A stretch of 64,000 nt of DNA. It comes from Marsupella aquatica (Eukaryota; Plantae; Marchantiophyta). A program made the position numbers and the translations under genes. The notes under the pieces are model-generated. The model saw only the letters and a program-made list of their open reading frames with translations, did not search any database and was not told the origin of the DNA. The stretch is from the NCBI GenBank assembly GCA_973895155.1, contig OZ316893.1, positions 1,116,860-1,180,859 of the forward strand, written 5' to 3'. Each line of letters opens with the position of its first letter. Position 1 is the first letter of the stretch. Below, piece by piece: positions 1 to 11,305 of this stretch.

Positions 1-829
1 TGGGGTGTGGAGGGTATATGTATATTTGTTTGGGTGGGATGTAATGGTGGGAGTACTGGTGTCTCTCCTTGGCCATTGGCTTACCCCTTTGTGGTCCAAC
101 CTTCTCTCCTTGTGGTGTGGGTCCGTGGGATCCTTGGGGGTAGTCCTCCTTGTGGGCTACTCAGATGCATACTCCAAAGTATAATTTATATCTCCTCTCT
201 TGGATGGTTCCAATTTGGCTTTCAAGGGGAAAAAATGAGTTTTCTAGGAAGCCTCACCCCATGATTTAATCACACCTGGAGCTTTTAAGAGTGGGACCCG
301 AGCTCTCTACAAAATGAGGTTTCCAAAGTCAGCAGAGCATCTGATAGTGTGTGGCAAGGGGTTATACCAAAAGTGTTTTCAACAAAATCTCACCCAATCA
401 TTTTTGTAACATCTACTGTAGAAGTGTGACTCAAGGGTCGTAATAAATGAGTTTAAGACTCACCAAAATAACTCTTGCAAAGTTAAAGGTGGGGCACAGT
501 GTATTGCAAAATCTAAAAGTGGGACCCAAGGGATTGCAATAAATGAGTTTTGGAGAGACAGCCAGAACGGTTTGGGCAGGTCAGAAAATGAGTTTTCTAG
601 GAACAGTCACAAATCATCAATTTGCAGGCTTGACAAAAACCAAGGTTGTGGGCTCCAGGCGCTGGAAAATTGCACCTACTGTGCTTTAGCTAAGTTGCTA
701 GAGTTCCAGAGTAGACTGCTGCCATTCAGGTCCTAGGAAAGTCATTTTGGACTCTCCTTACACACTGCCCACCTGTTGCGCCAAATATAAATATGTAAAT
801 ACCAAAAAATGGCAGAGCACTTTCATCCA

Positions 830-950
830 GCAGGCTATGCTCGAATGGTAGAGAGCCTGAGTGGAGGAAAACGAGGTCCCCAGTTTGAATCCTCGTGGCA
901 TGCAAAACTTCTTTTACACAAACCCCACCCAAAAGTGGGGTTGAGACAAC
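830..950 (+). mobile_element. tRNA-derived SINE-like head (degenerate)
   Basis: A-box-like gctcgaatggtagag and B-box-like agtttgaatcc, followed by accccacccaaaagtggg, which also follows the tRNA-like copy at 11200-11305. Confidence 0.45.
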
Positions 951-1574
951 TCTAGCAACACTCACAAAAATTGGTGATTTTCAGGTTCTATTGGGCAACA
1001 GGTGGACAGGAACGGGCATCACAAGGTCCAGAAGTCATTGATGACTTTCAAGTGAATAGTCTCCCTCCTGCCCAAGGAGACACTTCTCTGCCCTTAGGGC
1101 CAACTCGCATGTGAGTGGCCTTGTGTTTTGCGGCCCTTTACCCTCGCGACACTTTAGGACAATTGAATCTGTCCTCACTACGTGTCGTGTGCACTACGGC
1201 AAAACTTGCAATGACAGACTGTCGCGATATGACTGTGTTACTTTAGGGCATTTGGTTTATGTGGAAGCTGAGCTCGGGACCTACAAGGGACTGAAAATTT
1301 CCCGCCCTTGCCTTTCAGATTGCTAAGTTTATGTGTCAGGACTGGCGGGGGAAGAGGTGACGGCATTTTTCTCTCATGCACTAATACACTGCCGCGTGTC
1401 ATTTTTCGGGCAGCAAAGGGTAGGGTGCTTACATGCAAGTTGGCCCTTCATTAGCATCATGTGTGCCCCGAGCCTGATCGACTACTCAGCTAACACTGAC
1501 ATAGCCAAGTTGCTAGAGTTCAGGAGTAGCCCGCTGCGGTGCTGACCAAGTGGATTTACTCTTGTAATCTGTTG

Positions 1575-1915
1575 CCTCCAAAAGGGGTCATTTGTCGCAT
1601 ATTCGCAGATATTCCCAGGCCGGCCCTGAACTTTCCCGACCCTCTCCCGGCCCGGTCCCAAACTTTCCCGACCCCCTCCCGAAATCTCCTGAACGCTCCC
1701 GGCCCGGTCCCAGACTCCCCCGGTTTAGCAAGCTGGCCCCGTGGTTTGGGGTCGGGGAGGGGCCCAGGACAGGTTGGGGCGAGGGTCGGGGCTGGTCACA
1801 GTTGGGGCGGGGTGTGGGAGAGTCGGGCCGGGGCCGGGACTACCAGGTGTAACAATTGTCATTTGTCGGGGTCTAGACCCCTTATTTGTCAGACAAGTCC
1901 AAACCGGGGCCCAAT
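1575..1915 (-). repeat. Dispersed G/C-tract repeat, copy 1
   Basis: Ends match the copies at 46318-46640 and 52715-52955 in reverse complement (ggtttggacttg..gacaaat and gaata...gcaaatatg..acattt...ttggag). Confidence 0.75.
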
Positions 1916-2325
1916 GCATGGGTCTAGGGGTCACCTGATCACTCCTTCGCCGGATATATAATTATTATAAGGGCATGAATTCGGCAGCCGCTGGGAGTCA
2001 CAAGGTTTCTTTCGAGTAAGCCGGAGGAGACGACAGGAAGTAATAATTTATAGTCAATCCGGTCCGACAACTGTGGACGAACCGGGAGACATTGTCGTCG
2101 TCTCCGTGTCGGCTGTATGGGCGATCAGGAGTAACGGAGCAGGTACGCAGGTCGAGTCACCGAGCTCATCCTTCGAGGAGTTCGAGGGAACCACGACAGA
2201 GTCACTTAATTATTAAGTCGACGCCGAGGAATTGCAAAACATTCTTTAGTGTATGACGTTTCTATCGGATCAAACCATCCCCCATAATCCATCCAGATAA
2301 TATAAATAAGATATAATGTATTAGT

Positions 2326-2578
2326 AGGGGGTCTCAAATACATCCAATTTTATTTTTCTTTTGAGTGTGCCTAGATGAGTTGCAGATTTGGATAATAATC
2401 ATGACTGGTCACGCCCGGCACCAATTTTGCAGTAGACACAATAGCATTGTGTGTAGCAACCTCATTCATTTATCCATACCCCAAAAAATAATTGCCTGGT
2501 TGTACCATGTTATGGTGCTCCCAACTGCCTTGTAGACCTCCCATGAGGTGCCAATTTTTTTAATATGTGAGACACCCT
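2326..2578. mobile_element. MITE with termini like the Harbinger-type element at 38836
   Basis: Left end AGGGGGTCTCAAATA; right end reverse complement AGGGTGTCTCACATA; AGT duplicated at 2323-2325 and 2579-2581. Confidence 0.8.
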
Positions 2579-2929
2579 AGTGTGGGGCCTCTCAAAACTC
2601 AACCATAAAGACTTTTTTGGGAGTTACAGGAGTTATATGAGGCGCCTTCATATAATGTCTTTTCTTAACTCCCACAAAAGTTGTGTGAATCAATTTTAGA
2701 TCACCTTAAGTAAGTAAATCAGTTGGCTCAACACTCACTCAATAACTTTCACTGTTTCTTTCTAACTTTTAGTGTAAAGCCATAAGTTTGGTTATTTGAA
2801 ATCCAAAAACCTTCGACTGAAGGCACCTGCATTTTAAGTCTGACATGATAATGACTCCTACATTTGAAGAGGGGGCTGATGAAGAACGAGAAAAATGGAT
2901 ATATGTTATGACACTGAAGTGAGGTTGAA

Positions 2930-3245
2930 ATCCTAGCTGATGGGGTGGGTCAATGAGCCTGCCCACATTTCTTAAATCTTTTATCTGGGTTCTGTAATCA
3001 AAATAAGTACAGTAGGTGGACCATAAATTCATAATTTTAGCTTATGGGATGGGTCAATGCAGCCTCCCCCATTTTTTCAATCTTTTATCTGTGTTCTATA
3101 ATCAAAATAAGTACAGTCAGTGGAATATAAATCCATATCTTCAGTAGCAACGCCTCCACCTGCCTTACTGGATGTGTGAGTGCTATCTTCCCACATTTTA
3201 AAAATCCTTTAGATAAACAAAATTATGAGATGGACCATAGATTTC
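2930..3245. repeat. Degenerate ~100-bp tandem repeat
   Basis: gggtcaatg.agcct...aatcttttatctg.gttct.taatcaaaataagtacagt repeats at ~2947 and ~3051, with a partial third copy. Confidence 0.7.
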
Positions 3246-3878
3246 AGCCACGGCCCACTTTTGAGACTCCTGGGTAGGTACACTAGGGTGTCTCAAAACT
3301 GGATCATTAATGAAAGTTACCAATTTATGATATATTTCATAACTCAAGTTCTAGGACCTAGTTATAGAACTTTAAAAATGGGGGAGGTAACATTGACTCG
3401 CCCCATAAGATTGGAGTTACTGACTCACCCGTTTCATAGAATATATTATTTTTACTCAATTCTTGATTAACCGCCATCTCAAATGCAGCAGCGATCACCA
3501 TGTCAAGAGCAATTTCCAGGTGTCTTCAGTCATGGTTTTCCAGGAGTTCCAGAGTCCTGGATTTCCAAATTTCCACCTAAAGTTATGGGAAAGTTACTAG
3601 TTAACTGTTGAACGGACATACTTTCATTAAGTGTTGAGCCCACATAATTTCATTATAGTAGTCAATTATAGTAGTCAAAGATAGGTTCCTATAATTTTTA
3701 CTAGAATTCACATAATACTTGACTTATAATACTTGAGTCATAAGAGTGCCTTATCTTGTTAAGGCCAACCTGTGACAAGCCCTAGTGTATCAGAGACTCC
3801 ATAGAGTGAAAACAGCTTTTGGTGTACGAGAAAAGCGATTCTTGTGCAGTTCTTTTCAGGTAACCAAATCATCCGTCC

Positions 3879-3886
3879 TATATAAG
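3879..3886 (+). promoter_or_regulatory. Candidate TATA box for ALDH2
   Basis: TATATAAG about 500 bp upstream of the ATG; support is positional only. Confidence 0.4.
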
Positions 3887-3944
3887 GAGGAGCAGATTCA
3901 CCTACTGTAGTGAGCTGCTATACAGTCATTTCATAGTCCTGTAA

Positions 3945-4262
3945 GACAAGCTTGACTTTCTCGTGTGTCTTTCGGTCCTATTTGATCGTCATCCGGACCA
4001 AAAGCAGAAGCTCGGTCCTATTTGATCGTCATCCGGACCAAGAGCAGAACTGCAGAAGCTCCATCGAGAGAGCTGCCAGAGAAATTAGTACGGCGGAAGA
4101 ACCGATTCACCCAGACATCTGCTACAGTCTTTTCATTGCCCTGGAAGACAAGCTCGACTTTCTCGCGGTGTGTCTTTCGGTCCTGTTTGATCGTCATCCG
4201 GACCAAAAGGAGAAGCTCCATCGAGAGAGCTACTAGAGAAATTGGTGCAGCGGAAGAACCGC
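3945..4262 (+). repeat. Imperfect tandem duplication in the ALDH2 5' leader
   Basis: gacaagct.gactttctcg...tctttcggtcct.tttgatcgtcatccggaccaa recurs at ~3946 and ~4147, with an extra partial copy at ~4012. Confidence 0.8.
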
Positions 4263-4385
4263 TTGACGTACTCGGAGACTGCACATTTCAGTGTGACTCC
4301 TGAATTCAGTTCTCCACATATCGCTTCAGCAGCTGAGTGCAATACGGTGGTTGAGAAGAAGAAGGTATTTGGAAGGAGCGTGGAG

Positions 4386-6056
4386 ATGGCGACCAGGAAG
4401 GTGGCGGGATCGTTGATTACTCGATTGGTTGCATCCGGCAAAGGGATAATTTCAGCACCTTCCGTCGGGGCTAGGACGATTACCACGACAACGACTGCAA
4501 GGACGAGCTCTGCATTGTGGAGGACTGTCTACGGAGCCCGTCAGTATGGTGCTGCAGCGGCGGAGGAAGATCTGGAGACGCCCATGAAGGCTCCCTTTCC
4601 TATTCAGTACACGAAGTTACTGATCAATGGTGAGTTCGTCGACGCTGCCTCTGGAAAGACGTTGGCGACTGTAGATCCGCGGACGGAAGAGGTGATTGCT
4701 CATGTGGCTGAGGGGGACAAGGAGGATGTGGATCGCGCAGTGAAGGCGGCCAGGACTGCTTTCGAAGAAGGCCCGTGGCCGCGAATGCCTCCGCACGAGC
4801 GTGCGTCAATCCTCCAGCGGTTCGCCGACCTGATCGAGAAGCACAACGACGAGCTCGCGGCGTTGGACTCGCTGGACAGCGGTAAGCCCTATGAGCAAGC
4901 TCGATTTGCAGAGATACCCGCCGTGGTGAGGGTTTTCCGATACTATGCCGGATGGGCCGATAAGATTCACGGAAGAACAATTCCTACGGAAGGAAACAAT
5001 TTCGCGTACACTCTGCACGAGCCTATCGGTGTTTGCGGGCAGATCATACCCTGGAATTTCCCGATGGTGATGTTCGCATGGAAGGTCGCACCTGCCCTCG
5101 CTGCCGGCAACACCATCGTCCTCAAGACTGCGGAGCAAACCCCTCTCTCGGCCATACTAGCCGGTAAGCTCGCCCTGGAAGCTGGCATCCCCCCCGGTGT
5201 CCTCAACATCATTTCAGGATACGGTCCAACGGCTGGTGCCGCGATCTCTGAACACATGGACATCGACAAGGTTGCGTTCACGGGTTCGACGGAGGTAGGG
5301 AAGAAGGTCTTGGCAGCCGCGGCGGGGAGCAATTTGAAGAAGGTGACTCTGGAGCTCGGTGGCAAGTCTCCGTTCATCGTCTGCTCGGATGCGGATGTGG
5401 ATCACGCGGCCGATTTATCTCACTTCGCTCTCTTCTTCAATCAGGGCCAATGCTGCTGTGCGGGGTCCCGAACTTTTGTCCACGAGAGTGTTTATGACGA
5501 GTTCATCGAGAAGGCAAAGGACCGGGCGGTGAAGAGAGTGGTGGGAGATCCGTTCCGAAGTGGAGTTCAGCAGGGCCCCCAAATTGACAAGGCGCAATTT
5601 GACAAGATTTTGGGATACATTAACAGTGGGGAGAGTCAGGGTGCAAAGCTCATCACGGGTGGGTCCCGCTTAGGAAAGAAAGGGTTCTACATCAAGCCCA
5701 CGGTCTTTGGCGACGTCGGCGATGACATGACAATTTTCAACGAGGAAATCTTCGGTCCCGTCCAGTCGGTCTCCAAGTTCAGCACCTTGGACGAAGCGGT
5801 GAAGCGGGCGAACAAGTCGAGTTATGGGCTGGCTTCAGCTGTTCTCACCAAGAGTTTGGATACTGCGAACACTGTCTCTCGCAATTTGAAAGCAGGAACA
5901 GTGTGGATTAATACGTACAATCTGTTCGATCCGAGCCTTCCTTTCGGAGGCTACAAGCAGAGTGGCATTGGTAGAGAGAAGGGTATCTACGGACTAGACA
6001 ATTATCTCCAAGTGAAGGCAGTTGTGACACCCATCAACAATCCAGCTTGGTTGTGA
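4386..6056 (+). CDS. ALDH2: Aldehyde dehydrogenase family 2 (mitochondrial-type, ALDH2B-like), intronless, 556 aa
   Basis: First in-frame ATG at 4386 (MATRKVAGS...). The N-terminus is Arg/Ser/Thr/Ala-rich like a mitochondrial presequence. Motifs: [25 protein letters not shown] (catalytic Glu), [12 protein letters not shown] (catalytic Cys), [20 protein letters not shown], and the plant C-terminus NPAWL. Confidence 0.95.
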   Translation: MATRKVAGSLITRLVASGKGIISAPSVGARTITTTTTARTSSALWRTVYGARQYGAAAAEEDLETPMKAPFPIQYTKLLINGEFVDAASGKTLATVDPRTEEVIAHVAEGDKEDVDRAVKAARTAFEEGPWPRMPPHERASILQRFADLIEKHNDELAALDSLDSGKPYEQARFAEIPAVVRVFRYYAGWADKIHGRTIPTEGNNFAYTLHEPIGVCGQIIPWNFPMVMFAWKVAPALAAGNTIVLKTAEQTPLSAILAGKLALEAGIPPGVLNIISGYGPTAGAAISEHMDIDKVAFTGSTEVGKKVLAAAAGSNLKKVTLELGGKSPFIVCSDADVDHAADLSHFALFFNQGQCCCAGSRTFVHESVYDEFIEKAKDRAVKRVVGDPFRSGVQQGPQIDKAQFDKILGYINSGESQGAKLITGGSRLGKKGFYIKPTVFGDVGDDMTIFNEEIFGPVQSVSKFSTLDEAVKRANKSSYGLASAVLTKSLDTANTVSRNLKAGTVWINTYNLFDPSLPFGGYKQSGIGREKGIYGLDNYLQVKAVVTPINNPAWL

Positions 6057-7325
6057 GGCCAGCTAGAGGATCATTGGACCCGTCCCCCCTGGCCATTGTC
6101 TGCTGCGATCCAGAACTCATCCAGAGTACCGAAGGCCAACGGCTTTCTGTGTACGAATTTACATCCATCAAACTGGAGTTCCATACGCTCCATATCTCCG
6201 CAAGAACCAAGGAACTGCTCTCATGTGTGCAGGCCTACTTTTGTGTGAATATTTTCTGGAGGTTTTCACAAGGAGCTGCGACGAAAGATACGGTCACGGA
6301 AGAACGGAATTTTGGTTACGGAAGTCAGCTTGCGAAGGTGAGAAAGTTCAGCTGGGCAAGTTGAACCCCGGCAATACCGTAAGCAGTAGATAGGTCGTAA
6401 ACCGTTCTCCCGCGTACTGCTGCATGAACAGAATGCTTTGGAAGGTTGTATCATATGGATGTTACAAGTCGAATAGTGAATCGTAAGAATAAAACTGTAG
6501 CTATCGGAATCACGTGCTTAAATGTTCCAGGCTAATGATTGGCAACTGTGACTAAGAAAGAGAATCTCGAGTCAGTCTTTCGAACGCTTGAAGCGGTTGC
6601 TGTATGTTTTTGAAACTCTTAAAAATTGTACGGCATTCATGTTCTGATTTCTTAACGTGCATTTCTTTGTTTCGTCTCTGTAGACAGAACTTCTAGCGTC
6701 AGTATCAACTCACCACACAGTTGCTTTTTCAACATTGCTAATTGAAGAGTTTGCATTGTTAACTACGTTGCCTGACCCACTCAAAGACGTCTATGAACTT
6801 TTGTGATATTCGTTAGTGAGGCCAGTGTCAATCTGCAGGGATCATTAACATGAGTCTGACCACTATAAGTAGCAATTTGAGATGAATATCATGGGATTTT
6901 ACATCTTGCCCCTAGGATATGGAACAGGCGAAGAATTAGGGATAATTTCAGTGGTTGATTTTAGCAAGACAGGAGGAGAGCACAGAAATTCTCACCGCGC
7001 GGTGACTCGAGGATGGAAGAAGAAGTTAAGAAAAGTTCTTATGGTGTTGCAGCAGGCCTGTAAGGCTTCCAAATGTAGTTGTCTGATTCACTGCACGGCT
7101 GCATTGAATCTGTTATACCTAGAATCACACTAGTTGAAATTTATATCGGTGCCCGCAGCGGGTGTACAAGTGAGCCAAGTACGGATGAAGGATCCCCTGT
7201 TCCAGGATTGGGTTTCAAGTCTTTGATACTTGCTAACTTGCCTGATATTGTTACTGTCTGCATTTTCCAAGCCGAATGACATTCAAAATCCTAAGTTGGG
7301 TCTAGGATAGAAGTTAATGCATCAG

Positions 7326-9647
7326 CAGTGAGAGGAAAGACTGTCGCCTCAATTCATGGAAACTAGTCCCTGTTTTGTCATTAAATGCACCTCGGTTCTC
7401 CCCCACACTCCACCGGAAGACCCTCCTCATTTTTGTGTCACAATTCAGTTTCAGGCCAGCCTTTTTGGGTTCCCTCGTTGCCCCTGCCCATCCTATGCCT
7501 GGGCAGCCTTTAAAATCACACCCTTCCTTCCCAACACCCCACCTGAAGACTCTCCTCATTTTTGTGTCACAAGTCGGTTTCAGGCCAACCTTTTTGGGTT
7601 CCCTTGCTGCCCCTGCCCATCCCATGCCTGGGCAGCCCCTAAAACCTCACCCTTCCAGCTGCTGACTGTTTGTTGAGTAGGGGTGGTGAACAAAGTTGCC
7701 ATGACATGAAGGAGTGTTTACAGCAAGCATCTACTCTTTGCCTTATCCCCTTTCTATGTATTTCCCCAATTTCTCCAAAGAATAGTCTTCCGTGAACTTT
7801 AGTAAGGTGAACCAATGGTTTGGGTGAAATCCGGGTGCCTCACCGATACTATTTGGGTGCTATTTTTTTAATTTGTTTTTTGCAGTTAAATCAAGTGGCC
7901 CTTAAACCATTCTTTGATGTTATTTTGCCAAAAACCTTTGTGGAAATATTCATGTTAGACTTGAGCTTTTTGTTGGTGTTATTTCTGTGAAAGTTTTTTT
8001 CAGATGTGAGCATCTAGCTAGAGCATTTCAGGCAATTTATGTCACTTAAATGGTAATTTTTATTGTTTAGCTTAGTACACAATGCACTAATTGAATTCAC
8101 AAGGCATCAATTGATTCATAAAAATGAGCACTAGGATGCATATAGTAACAAATGTAAAAGCAGTTATATGACCTTAAAATTTGAGCTCAATGTTGGTGAA
8201 ACAACCACAAAATTAGCTATCAAAATCATATCACAATTCACATCTCTATGTTTACTCAAAGTGACACAAAAGAAACTTTCACAAAAAGAACTTGGTGTGT
8301 TTAGGAAATACTCACGTTGGACTCCTTTTTTGTGCAAAATAGCATCAAAGAATTGTTTAAATCACACTTGATTTATTTGCAGAAAACAAATTTAAAAAAA
8401 TAGTACCCAAAACCATTGACTTGCCTTACTAAAGTTCAGGTAAGACTATGCTTTGGAGAAATACTTTCAGGTGTGAGTACTGCCAAAAAATTTGAGATGG
8501 AATAACTAAAGAGAGTAAGTAGTAGGTACCTTAAAGTAGTACTTACCTTGCACAAGTATTTCAACACATGAAAAAAAATGAATATGGGAGTGACAAGGGC
8601 TAAATACTTTGTACATATGTTATCTATTTATTTTAAGCAAGTGACTGTACACTTAAAATTGCTTCTAGAGAGTACATTTGGTGGACTCATGTAGATAATT
8701 GTAGGATTATGTTACAATTAAAAAATGCAGAAAAGAATCACTGACACAGGTCATGAGAAAGGGTTGCAGTGACAAGGGGCCCCATTAAGTATATTTGAAA
8801 AGTGAGAGTCACAAATATCTTTACCTAGAGGGGACCCATCTGAAGTATTTTGCTGGCGCTTTTTGTGATCGTTTAGTTTCTGCCTTGAAATTCCTTTCTT
8901 TGTCTTTTCTCAACTCCATTTCTCAACCAAACTAGACTTTTTGACATCCTTTGATTCATGCCAGAAATTTTTGTCTGTAGGGTTGTAGTTATTTCAGTCA
9001 TTTTTGCAGTTGTTTGGACTCAGGCTTATTTTGGCTCTTTAATCTTTCATAGGTTAGGCTAATGTTTTCACCCCTTTATTGAGTCACTTGCCTTTGGTAT
9101 CCTGTTTCCTGGTTTGACATTTTTTGTTCTTTGGAAATGTCACATATACATTCTCCTTCAACCAGATAGTTCTTTTCTGAAATTTGAGATAATTTTGTTC
9201 CTACAAAAGAGACCTCAATGCAACCACACTCAATGCTGAGAGGAATTCCTGCCTGAAAAAAATATATTTGTAGGGAGGGTTTAGTTCTTCTTACAATTGG
9301 TGACTGCGCTCGCCTTATTTGGCTCTTTGGTCTTATTTCCATGTTTCAAACTTTCAAAATACAGTTAGAAAAATCTGACTAATGACCAGAGAGCGGGCCA
9401 GAGAACCCATTATTTAAAATAAAAATATAGAAATAAAAATATAGAAATAAAGGGGTTACCAAAAAGGGCTAGGTTTTAAGGGCTGCCCAAGCATGGGATG
9501 AGCAGGGGCAGCCAGGGGACCCAAAAAGGCTGGCCTGGAAAAAGTGGGACAGAAAAACGAGGAGAGTCTTCCGGTGAGGTGTGGGGGAAAACCAAGATGC
9601 ATTTAATGACAAAACAGGGACTCGTCTCCCTGAATGTCGCCTCACTG
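7326..9647. mobile_element. Non-autonomous long-TIR DNA transposon remnant
   Basis: 7326-7515 is the imperfect reverse complement of 9470-9647; termini read CAGTGAG...CTCACTG. The left arm has an internal ~120-bp tandem duplication (7390-7640). No clean TSD and no transposase. Confidence 0.7.
7770..8461. mobile_element. Foldback element nested in the 7326-9647 element
   Basis: tttctccaaag.atagtctt...tgaactttagtaagg (7770+) pairs with ccttactaaagttca...aagactat.ctttggagaaa (to 8461); imperfect pairing continues inward for about 300 bp. Confidence 0.75.
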
Positions 9648-11199
9648 GTGCCCAGCGTATGAAACTATTTCATTAGTAGCTGTGCCTGGACGTTTCTATG
9701 GTATCTTCCATTTAATGCAATTGGGTAACTACTGTACCTAGAATACATAGTATGGATGAGGAAATCGAGGCAAAAGAGTTTGTCGTACTCATTGCGAAGT
9801 AGATCTATGATTCGGGTAAATACCGTCTGCCGTAATTCAGTTGCGTCGAGTACCTCGTGATCAGTGATTTGACATGTAAGAGTTGAGGACCTCGTGATGC
9901 ATTCCTGGGCATTTATTAGCTCAAATGCACTGTTGAAGGGATGCTCACAAATTGATGGGATTTCAGATTTTAACTTTTGTCTTCTGTTGGTTATCCAAGT
10001 CTTAAAATGCAAAGTACTGTAACGACAGCTCGTTAATGTATCCTACTCCTTACGGAAGGTGCCGTGTAGACCTCCTTTGCACTATCCTCCGTTGCCGACC
10101 AGTGAGTTGATGATGGTGGACACAACCGCAGTGTCTAAAAGGATCGAATGATTTGATCAAATTCAAATTTAGGTCCGAGATGCTATGACTCAGACCTCTT
10201 GAGGGTCGTGGAGCGATCGAAAGAGTCTTAAAGTGGCGTCTGTTTCGATCACTTCCTTCATATCGTCCCGTTTGAAGCCCACATCGTGTTTCCCAGCTAA
10301 CTCCGTCTCCGAGATCTTGGGTCCTTCGTGTCGGCTGACCGTTTGAGGATTATAGATATGGCGTGTCGACATTAGCCTAGGACTATACCGTTGACGTCGG
10401 AGGCAGCTGTCAAAGCCATTTCAAATGTGATAAAAGACCTAGATCCTTCATGATAATTCCCAGGAATTTCATGATAAAATGTGGTTTACTACAAGAAAGT
10501 TAGGAACAATTGGGAAGGATAGTCCCACATGAAGGACCCAGAGGAAGTCACCTCCGAGACCAACGATGTAGCCACAGGCTGATTACAGTGTTTTTTTGTC
10601 TTCAACGAGTCATTTCCTGACACGAGAATTACAACAGAGGCTGATCACACTCTTGCAAGCTTGCGATCCCAACCTGAAATCCAAGTTCTTCACAAGGACC
10701 CGGTCAACAACGGTAGTCAAGAAAAGTCCTCCGTCCCATAGACGAGGACATTACTACTGTAATTTAGTGCGGAGAGGTTGGAAAAACCTCTAAACAACTG
10801 GGGAAGTCTGGATCTTTTTTTGAGTCTCCGGGAAAAACTAGGCCGTTTCAGCAATTTTTTCGGCGTCGAAACCACCCCAACGTACTCAAAGCCAAATCCG
10901 TAATCCGCCCATCTTCTTGGACATTACAGTCTCTCTGACATCCCTCCTGAACCCATTGATGACTGATTTCTTGGTGAAGCTCCCAAGAGTGATGAATGAG
11001 GCTCAGCCCTGCCCGCACCGGAATCACACATCAAAATGTGGTTGCATTCATTGATTGAAAAGAAAAAACTAGGATTATCACATTGATATTCGCGACAAAA
11101 GGCAAACTCGAGGCTCATTAAGAGCCTCGGGTACACACCTGCCCGCGCCTACTGCCCGCCTTCAACATATTTTTTCGAATGTGAATAGCATGAATGATC

Positions 11200-11305
11200 C
11201 CCACTTTTTGGGTGGGGTGAATGTTAAAATGCATTCTTTGACCCAACTGGTTTCGAAACCGGGACCTCCTGATCCCTAACTGAGCTATGCTACCATTGAG
11301 TCTCT
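11200..11305 (-). mobile_element. tRNA-derived SINE-like head (degenerate)
   Basis: Minus strand reads gactcaatggtagc...ggaggtcccggtttcgaaacc (A/B-box-like), then caccccacccaaaaagtggg as in the copy at 830-950. Confidence 0.5.

Noticed and set aside
1539-1961. Pro/Gly-rich ORFs (also 46083-46807, 52657-53018)
   Set aside because: By-products of the G/C-tract repeat; open in several frames with no domain.
4242-4385. N-terminal extension of the ALDH ORF in the ORF track
   Set aside because: It starts at TTG within the duplicated leader; the first ATG at 4386 gives a normal presequence.
4624-5597. Antisense ORFs over ALDH2 (likewise over PPO and the transposase)
   Set aside because: Shadow frames of GC-rich coding sequence.
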